In this document: one piece after another, positions 9,038-18,393 of the stretch | Layout: every line of letters begins with the position of its first letter | Position numbering within the stretch: the stretch's first letter is position 1 | IMG/VR virus record: IMGVR_UViG_3300023095_000007 | Location: 1-31,701 of that record | DNA from: a virus | Taxonomy: Duplodnaviria; Caudoviricetes | Strand: one strand, 5' to 3' | Length of the DNA: 31,701 nt | The notes under the pieces: generated by a model | What the model saw: only the letters and a program-made list of their open reading frames with translations | What the model was told of the DNA's origin: nothing | Databases searched by the model: none | Position numbers and translations under genes: made by a program

Positions 9038-12000
9038 CTAAGCTGCTTCATAGAAAAACTCTCCTGTGAAGTAGTCTGATAACCCCCACGTGAATGGAGT
9101 AGTTGCATTCATCACTGCATTCGTCGCGTAAGTCGCGGCTGTATTAGATATACCAGGGTTGGCCGTCGTTGTTGAAGCGGCTTGAATATATCCTGCCCCG
9201 TAGCCTTGGACTCCTGAATCTTCTATATACAGGCTTCCCATCATAGGACGACCTGTCGTGGTTCCTGAGTAGTTCGCTGCTGCCGTGACGGGGAGTGAGA
9301 AAGCGACATTTCCTGTAATAGATGTAGTAGATCCAAATACAAAGGATATAAAACAAAACACACTCTTACCGATCTGCTTATACCGTGCAGTTACGGTAGC
9401 GTTTCCGACCGTTACGTTGGTCCACGTAGGTACCCATGTCGTCCATGCAGCACCAAGTCCTGATGCTGTTCCGAACTGGTCTATAACAGGTGTTGTTATA
9501 GTTGGACTTGTCCCGAATACGGCCACACCAGTACCCGTTTCGTCTGTCAAAGAAGTAGCAAGCTGAGATGAAGTAATAGACCCCGTCGCTGTTCCATATA
9601 AAGTACCACTCGTAGGGAGAGTAACATTCGTCGCAGCAGTCGAAGTAAGTGTGGTAGAGAACGCCCCTGCAGTCGCAAGAGTAGATCCTGTTACAAGCGT
9701 TAGGGTGGCAGAAGTCGTTGGGGCTGTAATAGTTACCTTGTTAACAGAAGTGGCCGTCGCAACCCCGATTGTGGGAGTGACAAGCGTAGGAGAAGTCGCA
9801 AGGACTGGAGAACCTGTACCCGTTGCCGCTGTCCAGACAGGTGTTGTACCTCCCATAAGAACCGTTGTTGAAGACCCAGCAGCGAGGCGAGTTGCAACAC
9901 CGCTTGCCCCTCCGTAAATGATGTCTCCTTGTGTCGTCATAGGGTTAGTGAATCCAGCGGCTGGAACAGTGATACCCCGATAGTTATGGAACACTCCCGA
10001 GGTTGTTGTGTCAGCTACAAACACTGGCTTTGATACTTGTCCTGGTGTGGAAGGATCTGTTGCCGTATAGGCACCAGCGGTAGTCGGAGAGAGGAAGTAT
10101 TGTGTCCCAGCAGTTAGACCAGTAAGGCCAGTTACAGGACCTTCCGTTGTAAGGATAAAGGCGTTAGCGTTTGTAACAGTCGAGACAGTTCCTGAGACTG
10201 CAGCGTTGGATGCGGAGTCAGCTTGAGACTTAGTGTATGTATTAGCCGTTGTCGTGAGGCGTACTATATCCCCAACTACAAACCCGTGAGCTGTCTGTGA
10301 TACAGATCGTAACACTGCACTTGAAGGGGTAGTGATGTCAGCAGAACCGTTAAATGACACCCCGTTAATGAGGCGAGGAGTGGTCAGAGTTGCTGCCGAT
10401 CCAGTAGTGTTTTGGTTAAACGTAGGGAAGGTGTTCGTTCCAGAAGTAAGGTTCTTGTTCGTTACTGTCTGCGTGTCAGATATACCCATGTATGCGCTGC
10501 CAGGAACAGTATAAGAGTTGATGGATACTACCCCATTAAGGTTCGTTCCAGAAGCGGTAATCGTGGTTGCACTTTGAATGATCTTTCCTGTTGTCCCACT
10601 GTACGTGGCGAGTCCGTCAGCTGTTGCACTTGCAGGGCCTGTAACGTCTCCAGATCCACTCCCCCCACCTGAGTATTGAGGAATATTAAGTACTCCAGAA
10701 GTAACAGTCGCTGGACCACTGGTTCCTGTTGTCGTAAGACTTGTAATAAATGAAGATCCAGGAGTCGGAATATTAAGCACATTAGAGATGAATGTGGCGG
10801 CGCCTGATCCTGTCGTTGTAAGAGAGATAGGCGTTTGGTAATCCGTTCCAGCAACTGCAATAGAGGGAACTCCCGTAGTCGTCGTGTTTTTGAGAATACC
10901 TGTAGCGAGCCCTGAAAGAGCTACACCGTTAATTCTTGATACCACCACCGCGTTTGTGTTATTAGTACTGCCGTTGAATGTAGATCCAGCCGATGTAGCA
11001 TCTCCTGTGAGTGTACCAATAATGCGACTTGTCTGGAGTACGGTAGCTGAACCTGCGTTTCCTGTAATGGTTGTTTGGTCACCAGTATTTGTACCAGATA
11101 CAGTGGTCGTCCCTGTCACTGCGAGTGTTGGTGTCGATGCACCAGATAGCACGACTGAGTTAACAGAGGTAGGAGTAATAGCCCCCAAAGTAAGTGTAAT
11201 AGCAGGGGTAGAAGTCGAGGTAGCCACCGATCCAGAAACACCATTGGCCGTTGTAACAGACACAGAGGACACAGTGCCGTAGTCAGTTCCCGATACAGCG
11301 TTAGAGAGGAGCCCTGACGTAGACTTTACAAGTCCATTTGTGAGTGAAGAAAGAGTAACCTTTTGCAACGTATCTATAGCAATTGCGGTAACCTGAGACC
11401 CTGTTTTTATAGCGATAGAGTCGCTTGTACCCACTCCTGACGTAGACTGAATCGTCAATACCGAAGCGGCACCAACGCCACCTTTCACCGTTGGAATAGT
11501 AAGACTCCCCGTCATAGTTGGAGATGAGGACAGTACCACCCGTGAACCAGACACACCCGTGAAGTCTGTAACCGAGCTTCCATTAATACTGAAGGAATTA
11601 CCTGTGCCTGCAGTATCATACGTCTTATTTGTCAGCGTGTTAGTACTTGAAGCAGTGAGATAGTCCGTACCAGCTGACGCTGCAGAGATTGCTGTACCGT
11701 TTCCTTTCAGAAGACCCGTAATGCTTGTCCCTAGTGTGAGAGTTGGAGTTGCTGAGTTTCCGTCTGACGTGCCTGAAAAACCGTTAGATGATGCCACGGA
11801 TACACTTGTGACCGTGCCGCTACCAGCTGCAGGGTTCGACCACTGAGTATTATAGTCGGTGCCATCTATCTTTGAGAGCACCTGTCCTGTTGTTCCACCA
11901 GTCGGTACACCAACACCAGGTGTACCAGGTAGGCCCTGGCCAGAGTTAATAAGGTCGATATCAACAGCGGCACTGTTCTGCAAACCAAGATCAACCTCTG

Positions 12001-12061
12001 GCGAGGGTGTAATGATGATATCCTGTCCATCACCGTCTTGTAGAACTATGTCGCTGCTCAT
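9038..12061 (-). CDS. tail fibre / receptor-binding protein
   Basis: 1007 aa, very Thr/Gly/Ser-rich; GVPTGGTTGQVLSKIDGTDYNTQW, INGVSFNGSADIT and NPMTTQGDIIYG fibre motifs; C-terminal beta tip (RYKQIGKSVF). Confidence 0.8.
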   Translation of the reverse strand: MSSDIVLQDGDGQDIIITPSPEVDLGLQNSAAVDIDLINSGQGLPGTPGVGVPTGGTTGQVLSKIDGTDYNTQWSNPAAGSGTVTSVSVASSNGFSGTSDGNSATPTLTLGTSITGLLKGNGTAISAASAGTDYLTASSTNTLTNKTYDTAGTGNSFSINGSSVTDFTGVSGSRVVLSSSPTMTGSLTIPTVKGGVGAASVLTIQSTSGVGTSDSIAIKTGSQVTAIAIDTLQKVTLSSLTNGLVKSTSGLLSNAVSGTDYGTVSSVSVTTANGVSGSVATSTSTPAITLTLGAITPTSVNSVVLSGASTPTLAVTGTTTVSGTNTGDQTTITGNAGSATVLQTSRIIGTLTGDATSAGSTFNGSTNNTNAVVVSRINGVALSGLATGILKNTTTTGVPSIAVAGTDYQTPISLTTTGSGAATFISNVLNIPTPGSSFITSLTTTGTSGPATVTSGVLNIPQYSGGGSGSGDVTGPASATADGLATYSGTTGKIIQSATTITASGTNLNGVVSINSYTVPGSAYMGISDTQTVTNKNLTSGTNTFPTFNQNTTGSAATLTTPRLINGVSFNGSADITTPSSAVLRSVSQTAHGFVVGDIVRLTTTANTYTKSQADSASNAAVSGTVSTVTNANAFILTTEGPVTGLTGLTAGTQYFLSPTTAGAYTATDPSTPGQVSKPVFVADTTTSGVFHNYRGITVPAAGFTNPMTTQGDIIYGGASGVATRLAAGSSTTVLMGGTTPVWTAATGTGSPVLATSPTLVTPTIGVATATSVNKVTITAPTTSATLTLVTGSTLATAGAFSTTLTSTAATNVTLPTSGTLYGTATGSITSSQLATSLTDETGTGVAVFGTSPTITTPVIDQFGTASGLGAAWTTWVPTWTNVTVGNATVTARYKQIGKSVFCFISFVFGSTTSITGNVAFSLPVTAAANYSGTTTGRPMMGSLYIEDSGVQGYGAGYIQAASTTTANPGISNTAATYATNAVMNATTPFTWGLSDYFTGEFFYEAA

Positions 12062-12062
12062 A

Positions 12063-12428
12063 TTAGGTCACGATACGTTGGTTAATATCTGCTTTTATCT
12101 GATAACGAAACTGAGTGAATGTCTTTACGATAGAAGCGTCGACAGATACCCACTGAAATTCAGCGAAGTACTTACCTGGAGTCGCATTAACTGTTTCGCT
12201 GTGTGTGAGGTCAAGCGTATATACTTTATCGGTTGCAGTAGTACCTGTAATGTATGAGTCGTCGTAGTCTTTTTTAATGATTGCGTTTGCGTCTGTCGGG
12301 TCTGATGGGTTAAAGTTTGCTTTACTTTTTATAGCAAAGAAGAATGTCCCGCCAGCAGACCACAGTGTGAGAGGGACTGAGAGCGTCCACGTATCTGAGT
12401 CACCTCTGTATATTGATGATCCAGCCAT
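12063..12428 (-). CDS. BppU N-terminal-like fibre adaptor
   Basis: 121 aa; IYRGDSDT...LTHSET...PGKYFAEFQW pattern. Confidence 0.5.
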   Translation of the reverse strand: MAGSSIYRGDSDTWTLSVPLTLWSAGGTFFFAIKSKANFNPSDPTDANAIIKKDYDDSYITGTTATDKVYTLDLTHSETVNATPGKYFAEFQWVSVDASIVKTFTQFRYQIKADINQRIVT

Positions 12429-12431
12429 AGC

Positions 12432-12704
12432 CTACGCCCAAGCTACAGTTATGTCTGACGCACCAGCGGTTACAACAGTGAGTCCAGTATTGAATGCAAC
12501 ATCGTACTGAAAGTCTGAACCAATAGCAGGAGATGCAGCAATGGTTGCAATCTTGTTACCTGAGGCCGTGAGGCTATCGTAAATAGTGATTGTAGCTGCG
12601 GCTGTCGTATTCACGGTAATAGTGTGTAGGATACCAGTGCCGCTCTTTACAAGAGTAGTTGTCGCAGTTGAAATGTTCGTATAGTTAAATGTTCGATCTG
12701 CCAT
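12432..12704 (-). CDS. small structural beta protein
   Basis: 90 aa; 'TTLVKSGTGILHTITVN...FNTGLTVVT' pattern typical of phage virion proteins. Confidence 0.55.
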   Translation of the reverse strand: MADRTFNYTNISTATTTLVKSGTGILHTITVNTTAAATITIYDSLTASGNKIATIAASPAIGSDFQYDVAFNTGLTVVTAGASDITVAWA

Positions 12705-12727
12705 ATTATTTCTTTCTTTAATTAGGA

Positions 12728-12786
12728 GCCTTTGTCTCCCTACGTTCTGGCCGTCATGGGCAACGTTTTATACAGGGAGACTAGGC
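12728..12786 (-). other. intergenic RNA hairpin
   Basis: GTCTCCCT/AGGGAGAC outer stem, ACGTT/AACGT and GCC/GGC inner stems; no U-tract. Confidence 0.5.
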
Positions 12787-12796
12787 GATTTAGTAA

Positions 12797-13171
12797 CTAT
12801 GCTTGCTTAGTAACAGCTGAGCTTACACCACCAGCGCTAAGCCGTTGGATAACCCAACCAGTAGTACCATCTCCTAGGAGTTGTACATAGCTACCAGCAG
12901 GAGCATTTGTGAAAATGAGCGCCTTGTTGTCTACAGCAGTGAATTGTCCACCAGCAATGTAGTCAGCAGCGGCAGGAGCGATTGTAACAGTGATCCCATC
13001 AGTACCAACACGGATAATAGGAGAGTATCCTACAACCGTTGAAGGAAGAGTGATGGTAGCAGTCGCGGTAACATTGATGACCGTACCAGAGTCAAGGGCT
13101 TGTACTGTGTACGCACCAGATTTGGTAAGGACTTCGTTGTAGCCGAAGCTGTCCATGTTAATTTGTGCCAT
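12797..13171 (-). CDS. capsid decoration / head fibre-like protein
   Basis: 124 aa beta protein (DSGTVINVTATATITLP), second gene after the MCP. Confidence 0.55.
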   Translation of the reverse strand: MAQINMDSFGYNEVLTKSGAYTVQALDSGTVINVTATATITLPSTVVGYSPIIRVGTDGITVTIAPAAADYIAGGQFTAVDNKALIFTNAPAGSYVQLLGDGTTGWVIQRLSAGGVSSAVTKQA

Positions 13172-13500
13172 TATTTATTGTCCTTTTTCTTAGCCACTGG
13201 TGCAGCAACTGGCTGTACAGTAGGCTTTACGTCTTCTTTAGATGCGACGGGAGCGACGTTCTTTTGCTCAGGCTTGAAAAGTTCTTTGGTGTCTACATTG
13301 ACATCACCTTCTACAAGCTGGCTAGTTCCATCTTCACGTACGTTTTCTTTTGCGAGTTGGTCTTCAGTTGCCTGTTCGAGTTCGCCTTTAACAGCAGATT
13401 CTCGAATAAGTCGTTGACGTTCCTCTTCTTGGTCTTCGAATCGTCGAGTAGTAATGCGGTAAGCATCTAGCTCAACTTGTCGTAATTTTCCTTCAGCCAT
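13171..13500 (-). CDS. hypothetical head-associated protein
   Basis: 109 aa, charged; AAGGAGG SD directly after the MCP. Confidence 0.6.
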   Translation of the reverse strand: MAEGKLRQVELDAYRITTRRFEDQEEERQRLIRESAVKGELEQATEDQLAKENVREDGTSQLVEGDVNVDTKELFKPEQKNVAPVASKEDVKPTVQPVAAPVAKKKDNK

Positions 13501-13522
13501 ATGGCCTCCTTTTCTTTATGTA

Positions 13523-14383
13523 CTAGGCAGTCTTGTGGATAGCTAGTGTGTAGATCTTGTTTAGGTCAAAGAATGCATCGTAACGAATACGGTACTCAAT
13601 CAAGTAACCATTGATCCCTGGTGGGTTTGTGTGTACTTTGTAGTCGCGTAGCTTCTCAGGCGCAACAAGGTTACTCGGGTGAGTAATAATGAGGTCTGTG
13701 TTAGCTGGCATACGGCTTGTAGGACAAACGACGATTTTAACACCGTCGACTTCACCTAGGTCACCAGACTTACGGTCTTTGTAAGCAAGGTCAGATGCAA
13801 GCACAAAACCAGATTGCTTCAAAAGGTTGTAGTAAGTAGGGGTCATCACTGCAACACGGCCGTCTTCAGGAGCTTCACCGTCTGAAATAGCAGCGGTAAG
13901 AGTTGTGAAGTTAGTGTACGCGTTAGCAGAAGTAGTAGCACCAGCAGCAACGATAGCGTTACGAGCGGTGATAGTACCGTAGTTTCCACCGTTTGTTACA
14001 GCACCAGCGGTAGCTAGGACTGCAAGACGGTAAGTGTCAATCTCAGGGACAAGGACATTCTTTGTCGCTTGTGCTAAGAACTTAGCAGGCTTACGAATTT
14101 CTAGTGTGTCCTGGTAGTTGATCATGTCGATTGACTGTGTCCAAGAACGGTCACGAGACAGTGTGAATGTCTGTTTTGTGTCTTGAACTTCATTTGGTGA
14201 ACCATAACGGTAGTTACCGTTTGGCGTGTAGTTGTTCATTGTAGGGTCAGTAAGCGTGTAGATGTTAATCGCGTTAACGCCGTCCCAGCTCCAGTCGTTG
14301 TTCACGATGGCGCTAGTTTTAGCGGCTACACGAAGAAGATCAGACGTCTTTGACTCAAACTTTGCTGCAAGGTTGATTGCCAT
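13523..14383 (-). CDS. major capsid protein (HK97 fold, N4-gp56-like)
   Basis: 286 aa; VPEIDTYRLAVL, RVAVMTPTYYNLLKQ, GEVDGVKIV and PPGINGYLIEYRIRYDAF motifs; follows the scaffold. Confidence 0.9.
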   Translation of the reverse strand: MAINLAAKFESKTSDLLRVAAKTSAIVNNDWSWDGVNAINIYTLTDPTMNNYTPNGNYRYGSPNEVQDTKQTFTLSRDRSWTQSIDMINYQDTLEIRKPAKFLAQATKNVLVPEIDTYRLAVLATAGAVTNGGNYGTITARNAIVAAGATTSANAYTNFTTLTAAISDGEAPEDGRVAVMTPTYYNLLKQSGFVLASDLAYKDRKSGDLGEVDGVKIVVCPTSRMPANTDLIITHPSNLVAPEKLRDYKVHTNPPGINGYLIEYRIRYDAFFDLNKIYTLAIHKTA

Positions 14384-14404
14384 TAGGGTTGTGTCTTTCT
14401 GATT

Positions 14405-15202
14405 CTACCCAGCAAATATTTTCTTGACTTCCTCGTCGAAGGCTTCAAGGTCGGGATCGACCTTTGGCTCTTTCGGAGCACGACTTGGTGGGGTAAAGGT
14501 TTTAGATTTCTCTTGTGCCTTGTCCTTCACCTGAGTACGTTTGCCAAGTTGTGTAAGCTGTGAGATAGAATCTGCTTCATCTTGTAAATATTGGTACAAG
14601 TCGCTTCTCACATTTGTAGGGTTGCCATACGCGTCCAGTGTTACATGTTGAGCTTGGAAGGCATCAAGTGCTCTATCTATCCTTGCCTTAATAACGGGAT
14701 CATCGCTTCTGAGTACGTCGAAGTCCTTAGCGGCTCTTTCGTATGCATTCGTCAGCTTATTCGTATTAGCTTCTACTTTAATGTTATAAACTTCGACTTG
14801 GGTTTGTCTGGTAGCTAACTCGATTGGATCTTCAATTCCCTCTAGGTATTTCTCCTGTTGTTCTTTGATAGACATTTCTCTCTGTTGCTTCTCTTGAATT
14901 CGCTTCTCAGCCATCTCTTTATTGAAGGCTTTACGCTTATCCTCTTCAGACGGTTCGACTTCTTTGGTTTCCTGAGCTGTCTCTTCGACGGACTCTACAT
15001 CCTCGGTTGTCTCATCTTCCGTTGACTTTGGTTCTTCCTCTGACTCGGTGGCCGCCGTTTCTTCGGGTTCTTCCTTGGATGGCTTTTCTTCTGCGAAATC
15101 GTCAAGACTAATCTCGACATCTTCCATTGCAGCTTCTGCATCCTCCTCATTGGTTGATGTATCCGTAGCATCTACGGGTGCGGTTGACTGTGAATCATCC
15201 AT
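14405..15202 (-). CDS. capsid scaffolding protein
   Basis: 265 aa with acidic disordered N-terminus and coiled coil, immediately before the MCP; AAGGAG SD. Confidence 0.75.
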   Translation of the reverse strand: MDDSQSTAPVDATDTSTNEEDAEAAMEDVEISLDDFAEEKPSKEEPEETAATESEEEPKSTEDETTEDVESVEETAQETKEVEPSEEDKRKAFNKEMAEKRIQEKQQREMSIKEQQEKYLEGIEDPIELATRQTQVEVYNIKVEANTNKLTNAYERAAKDFDVLRSDDPVIKARIDRALDAFQAQHVTLDAYGNPTNVRSDLYQYLQDEADSISQLTQLGKRTQVKDKAQEKSKTFTPPSRAPKEPKVDPDLEAFDEEVKKIFAG

Positions 15203-15234
15203 AGTTTGTCTCCTTGTCTTATCTGCCGTTGCAT

Positions 15235-15310
15235 AGGTGGCGAACCTCTACTGCTTGAGGCAGTGACTCTTCTGGTAAGGGAACCAGTGTGAATCCTCCG
15301 TGAAGGACTC
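15235..15310 (-). promoter_or_regulatory. four-hairpin 5' leader of the scaffold gene
   Basis: GAGTCCTT/GAGGATTC, CTGGT/ACCAG, ACTGC/GCAGT and AGGT/ACCT hairpins in tandem. Confidence 0.55.
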
Positions 15311-15322
15311 GCAGCGACCCCC

Positions 15323-15550
15323 TTATACTCTCGACTTACCTACCTTAAAGTGCCTATGTGACGGATGATTTGCACCCTCACAACTCATCACAAGCCCTCT
15401 ATCTACCCATATATGCTTCACACTCTTCAGTGCATCAAGGTCGATAGAATACTCTGACTCGTTAGCCATCTTCTCTGCAATCTCCTCACGGGTCATGGCT
15501 TCTTGCTCGGCTCTGAGGCTTTCTTTATATTGGTCGTAATCTTGGCTCAT
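15323..15550 (-). CDS. hypothetical protein with His/Cys cluster
   Basis: 75 aa; HIWVDRG...SCEGANHPSH. Confidence 0.65.
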   Translation of the reverse strand: MSQDYDQYKESLRAEQEAMTREEIAEKMANESEYSIDLDALKSVKHIWVDRGLVMSCEGANHPSHRHFKVGKSRV

Positions 15551-15870
15551 TTGTTGTCCCTCATTGCATTCTGTAGGCGCACCTTTGCACCTTTTAGGTG
15601 TTCGATCAGCTTGTAGTTAGCTAGCATCTCTATCTCTAAAGACCTGTCACCTAGTTCGATAAGCTGCGGGACCTTAATGTTATCTAGGTTCTTTGCCTCA
15701 GCGATCATTGTATCGAACTCTGCCATGACGATCTCCTCACTTGGGAGGAGCTTTAACCGTTTATCCTGTGCTTCCTGCTTACGCTCTAGCTCTTTAGCAC
15801 GACGCTCTTGGTTAGAGTTGCCTGCAAAGCTAGCACTTGATCCACCCGTGTATAGGTTTGAAGTATCCAT
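15547..15870 (-). CDS. hypothetical helical protein after the portal
   Basis: 107 aa; coupled to the portal stop, AAGGAG SD. Confidence 0.65.
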   Translation of the reverse strand: MDTSNLYTGGSSASFAGNSNQERRAKELERKQEAQDKRLKLLPSEEIVMAEFDTMIAEAKNLDNIKVPQLIELGDRSLEIEMLANYKLIEHLKGAKVRLQNAMRDNK

Positions 15871-17816
15871 TACATTTCTCCTTGTGGTTGTTGCATAGAT
15901 TGGACGTGAGCAATAATATCCTCTATTGGAAGTCCCTGTGCCTCAGCGGCGAGCATAGTCAGTGCAGTCATCTCGTCTACCCCATGTTCTTGCATTACGG
16001 CCTCAACGTTAGCCTGCTCCGCAGGAAGCATATCGCTCTGTGCTTCCATAGGCTCCTGCATAGGCTCCCCCATCTCTTCAGGGTTCATCATGGGTTCGCC
16101 AGTCTCTGGGTCAATGCCTTGTGCTGCAGCCTCCTCTTCGGGTGTTACTTCCGTAAGGATTTTATCGTTATCCGACGTCAACATAATAATCTCACTGAAC
16201 AACTCGCCTGGGTTGAGTTCCCTGTTGCCAAGCATAATAGGCTGGCCAGTGGCAAGGATCTGCATAGTCGCAGGGTTAGACACGAGCTCTGCAACCTTCA
16301 TAAGTCCTTCTAATTTGTCTGCATCGTCTTGGGCCTTATCAGTTTCTGGGTCTATCTCAAAGTCGAAGGTAGCACGTGCGGTATCCCATACTACTTCTAG
16401 CTCGTTAGAGGGGTTACCCTCCTCGTCAAGCGGGAACTCTAACCCAGCCTTGATAAGTCGGTCGCGCTCATCGTCTGAAAGCTTTAATAGGTCTGATCCC
16501 TCCATGTTAGCAAAGTGGGTATTAATCATCGACTTAGCTACCGCGGCGTACGTAATGTACAGGTTATCTTTGAAATCCTCATCGTCAATAGAAAGGGAGG
16601 CAGCCTGAAACTTCACACCCGCTGGAGTTTTAGAGTACTGTGGATCACCACTCCCGCTAGAGATCGAGGTATCTCCCGTTGGGATAAGTTGATTAAGGCT
16701 CGTCTTGTACATAGCCATGCGTTCGGGGAGCTGTTGATAGATACCGTTAGAAAGCTCTTGTCGCTTCACCTGAGCATTGCCTGTAAACCATAGAGCATCC
16801 TGTGCGTACACAATAGATTCGAGGTCTACAGAGTCAGCATCACCTGCAATCTCAATAGGCGGACGAAGCCCTAGTTGAGTAGCGAGTACATCAGCTTGGC
16901 GCATGTAGTCAAGAACGTTCTGTGTACCACCAGCGAGTTTAACGATTCCAATACCGTATGGGTTGATGAAGTCTTGATAACAATAGAGGAAGTGGATAAT
17001 AGTATCGCCTGTAGGATCTGGGTTAGACCATTCGCGTACAGTCTCGTTAGTCTCAGAGTGATACATATAGAACGGTGCTTCGACTCCGTGCTGAACAGCA
17101 ATACAGAACTTGAAGCCTTTAGGTCGTACATCTTTATCCTGTTCCTGGCGAGGGGTATCGAGTGAAGAACGTTCTTCTTGTTGGTCGTCTTTAAGAATCT
17201 TTTTAAGAGCTGGGATGTTCCACTTGTTGTAGCCGTCCTCTTTGTTCTCTTTTGCTTCCTTCTGTTCTTCTTCGGCCTGCTCGATCATGTTCTCAAGTTG
17301 AAGCTTTGTGTAGTAAACATCCCAGAACTGAACAGCTGAGTCGTAGTCAGATACACGGCCTGGCTCCAAGGTGACGTCTTGAGGCTGAGCTACGATAAAG
17401 TCTGCGTGTCGCTTCCCGCCGTTGTCTACAAATAAGGTAATTAGTGGAACAGATCCATAGATAGCGGCTTTACGAACTGCGTCTTTCCACTTACGAATAA
17501 ACGGCGCTTGGGTATTGGCGTTAGGGATAATCTCGTTCTCCCATACGATGTTGGCAAGTTCGGTCATCCACGCTTCATCACGGTCCAGGGCTTTGACAGT
17601 ACCAGCCAGGCTAGAAGATACAATACGTTTTGGCAACTTAAATAAGGCAGCACTTAGGCTACCATCGTTAACTTCGGGAAGGTTGGTGTCAAGACCAGGC
17701 ATGAGCCCGTTCTCAGCTAGACGTTCATAAGATGGGTAGTCTTCGCGCCAAAGGTGCGCTTCCATTTTACTCTGTGTGTAGAGACCTTTAATGTCTTTTT
17801 TGTCCAAGAAAGCGAT
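15870..17816 (-). CDS. portal protein (P22-like size)
   Basis: ~645-648 aa between terminase and scaffold, acidic Q/M/E-rich C-terminus; start is TTG 17807 or ATC 17816. Confidence 0.8.
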   Translation of the reverse strand: MAFLDKKDIKGLYTQSKMEAHLWREDYPSYERLAENGLMPGLDTNLPEVNDGSLSAALFKLPKRIVSSSLAGTVKALDRDEAWMTELANIVWENEIIPNANTQAPFIRKWKDAVRKAAIYGSVPLITLFVDNGGKRHADFIVAQPQDVTLEPGRVSDYDSAVQFWDVYYTKLQLENMIEQAEEEQKEAKENKEDGYNKWNIPALKKILKDDQQEERSSLDTPRQEQDKDVRPKGFKFCIAVQHGVEAPFYMYHSETNETVREWSNPDPTGDTIIHFLYCYQDFINPYGIGIVKLAGGTQNVLDYMRQADVLATQLGLRPPIEIAGDADSVDLESIVYAQDALWFTGNAQVKRQELSNGIYQQLPERMAMYKTSLNQLIPTGDTSISSGSGDPQYSKTPAGVKFQAASLSIDDEDFKDNLYITYAAVAKSMINTHFANMEGSDLLKLSDDERDRLIKAGLEFPLDEEGNPSNELEVVWDTARATFDFEIDPETDKAQDDADKLEGLMKVAELVSNPATMQILATGQPIMLGNRELNPGELFSEIIMLTSDNDKILTEVTPEEEAAAQGIDPETGEPMMNPEEMGEPMQEPMEAQSDMLPAEQANVEAVMQEHGVDEMTALTMLAAEAQGLPIEDIIAHVQSMQQPQGEM

Positions 17817-17872
17817 AGTAATAATTCCTTATCGACAGTCTTGCGTAGTAGCAGTTCTCTGTATCTGTTTTT

Positions 17873-17901
17873 ACATTAGCATGTGCACTATACTTCTGCA
17901 A
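17873..17901 (-). promoter_or_regulatory. possible sigma70-type promoter upstream of the portal
   Basis: TTGCAG-N17-TAATGT with a TG extension. Confidence 0.4.
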
Positions 17902-18157
17902 GTGTTTTTGGTGAGACTATTCGTACATCCATCACATTCCATTCAGTAGCGTAAGTTCGATCCTCTGCCTTGTATAGAAGTTGCTCGCGTTTATCCCCGA
18001 AGTGCTTGGATACTTTGAGCTTTGTGTACTGGTCTTCACTGATAAGCAGGACGTCTGGGAGTGGAGTACCAACTGGCCAGCCTTTAACGGACTTGTCTAT
18101 GAGGTTGACGAGCTTCTGACGGCTACCTTGTATGTTGGATATGTTAAGACCTACCAT
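17888..18157 (-). CDS. hypothetical protein (possible capsid A-domain-like fragment)
   Basis: ATG at 18157 overlaps the upstream TAA; LPDVLLISEDQYTKLK. Confidence 0.6.
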   Translation of the reverse strand: MVGLNISNIQGSRQKLVNLIDKSVKGWPVGTPLPDVLLISEDQYTKLKVSKHFGDKREQLLYKAEDRTYATEWNVMDVRIVSPKTLAEV

Positions 18158-18393
18158 TACTCTACTCCCCATTTCCGAACGATTCTGTACCGTCCTTTGT
18201 TATCTAACTTGATGCACAGCTCTAGCTTATGTGTTTGGCCACTCGTAATGACCTGTAACGAGTCTATGATGTCCTTTAGCATTGTTTCGCGTGTTGAATA
18301 CTGGCTTACTTGGTACGCGTCCTTAGATGATACCTCTTCACCTGCGTGATAGGCCTTGACGGTTATCACTTCTCCGTAGTCTGGTTTAAACAT
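18157..18393 (-). CDS. hypothetical protein
   Basis: 78 aa; GGAG SD; coupled within the operon. Confidence 0.65.
   Translation of the reverse strand: MFKPDYGEVITVKAYHAGEEVSSKDAYQVSQYSTRETMLKDIIDSLQVITSGQTHKLELCIKLDNKGRYRIVRKWGVE

Noticed and set aside
9038-9500. Diversity-generating retroelement target at the fibre tip
   Set aside because: No template-repeat copy or reverse transcriptase is seen in the window.
13500-13560. Frameshift extension of the major capsid protein
   Set aside because: No slippery sequence before the TAG, and the next gene has its own strong SD.
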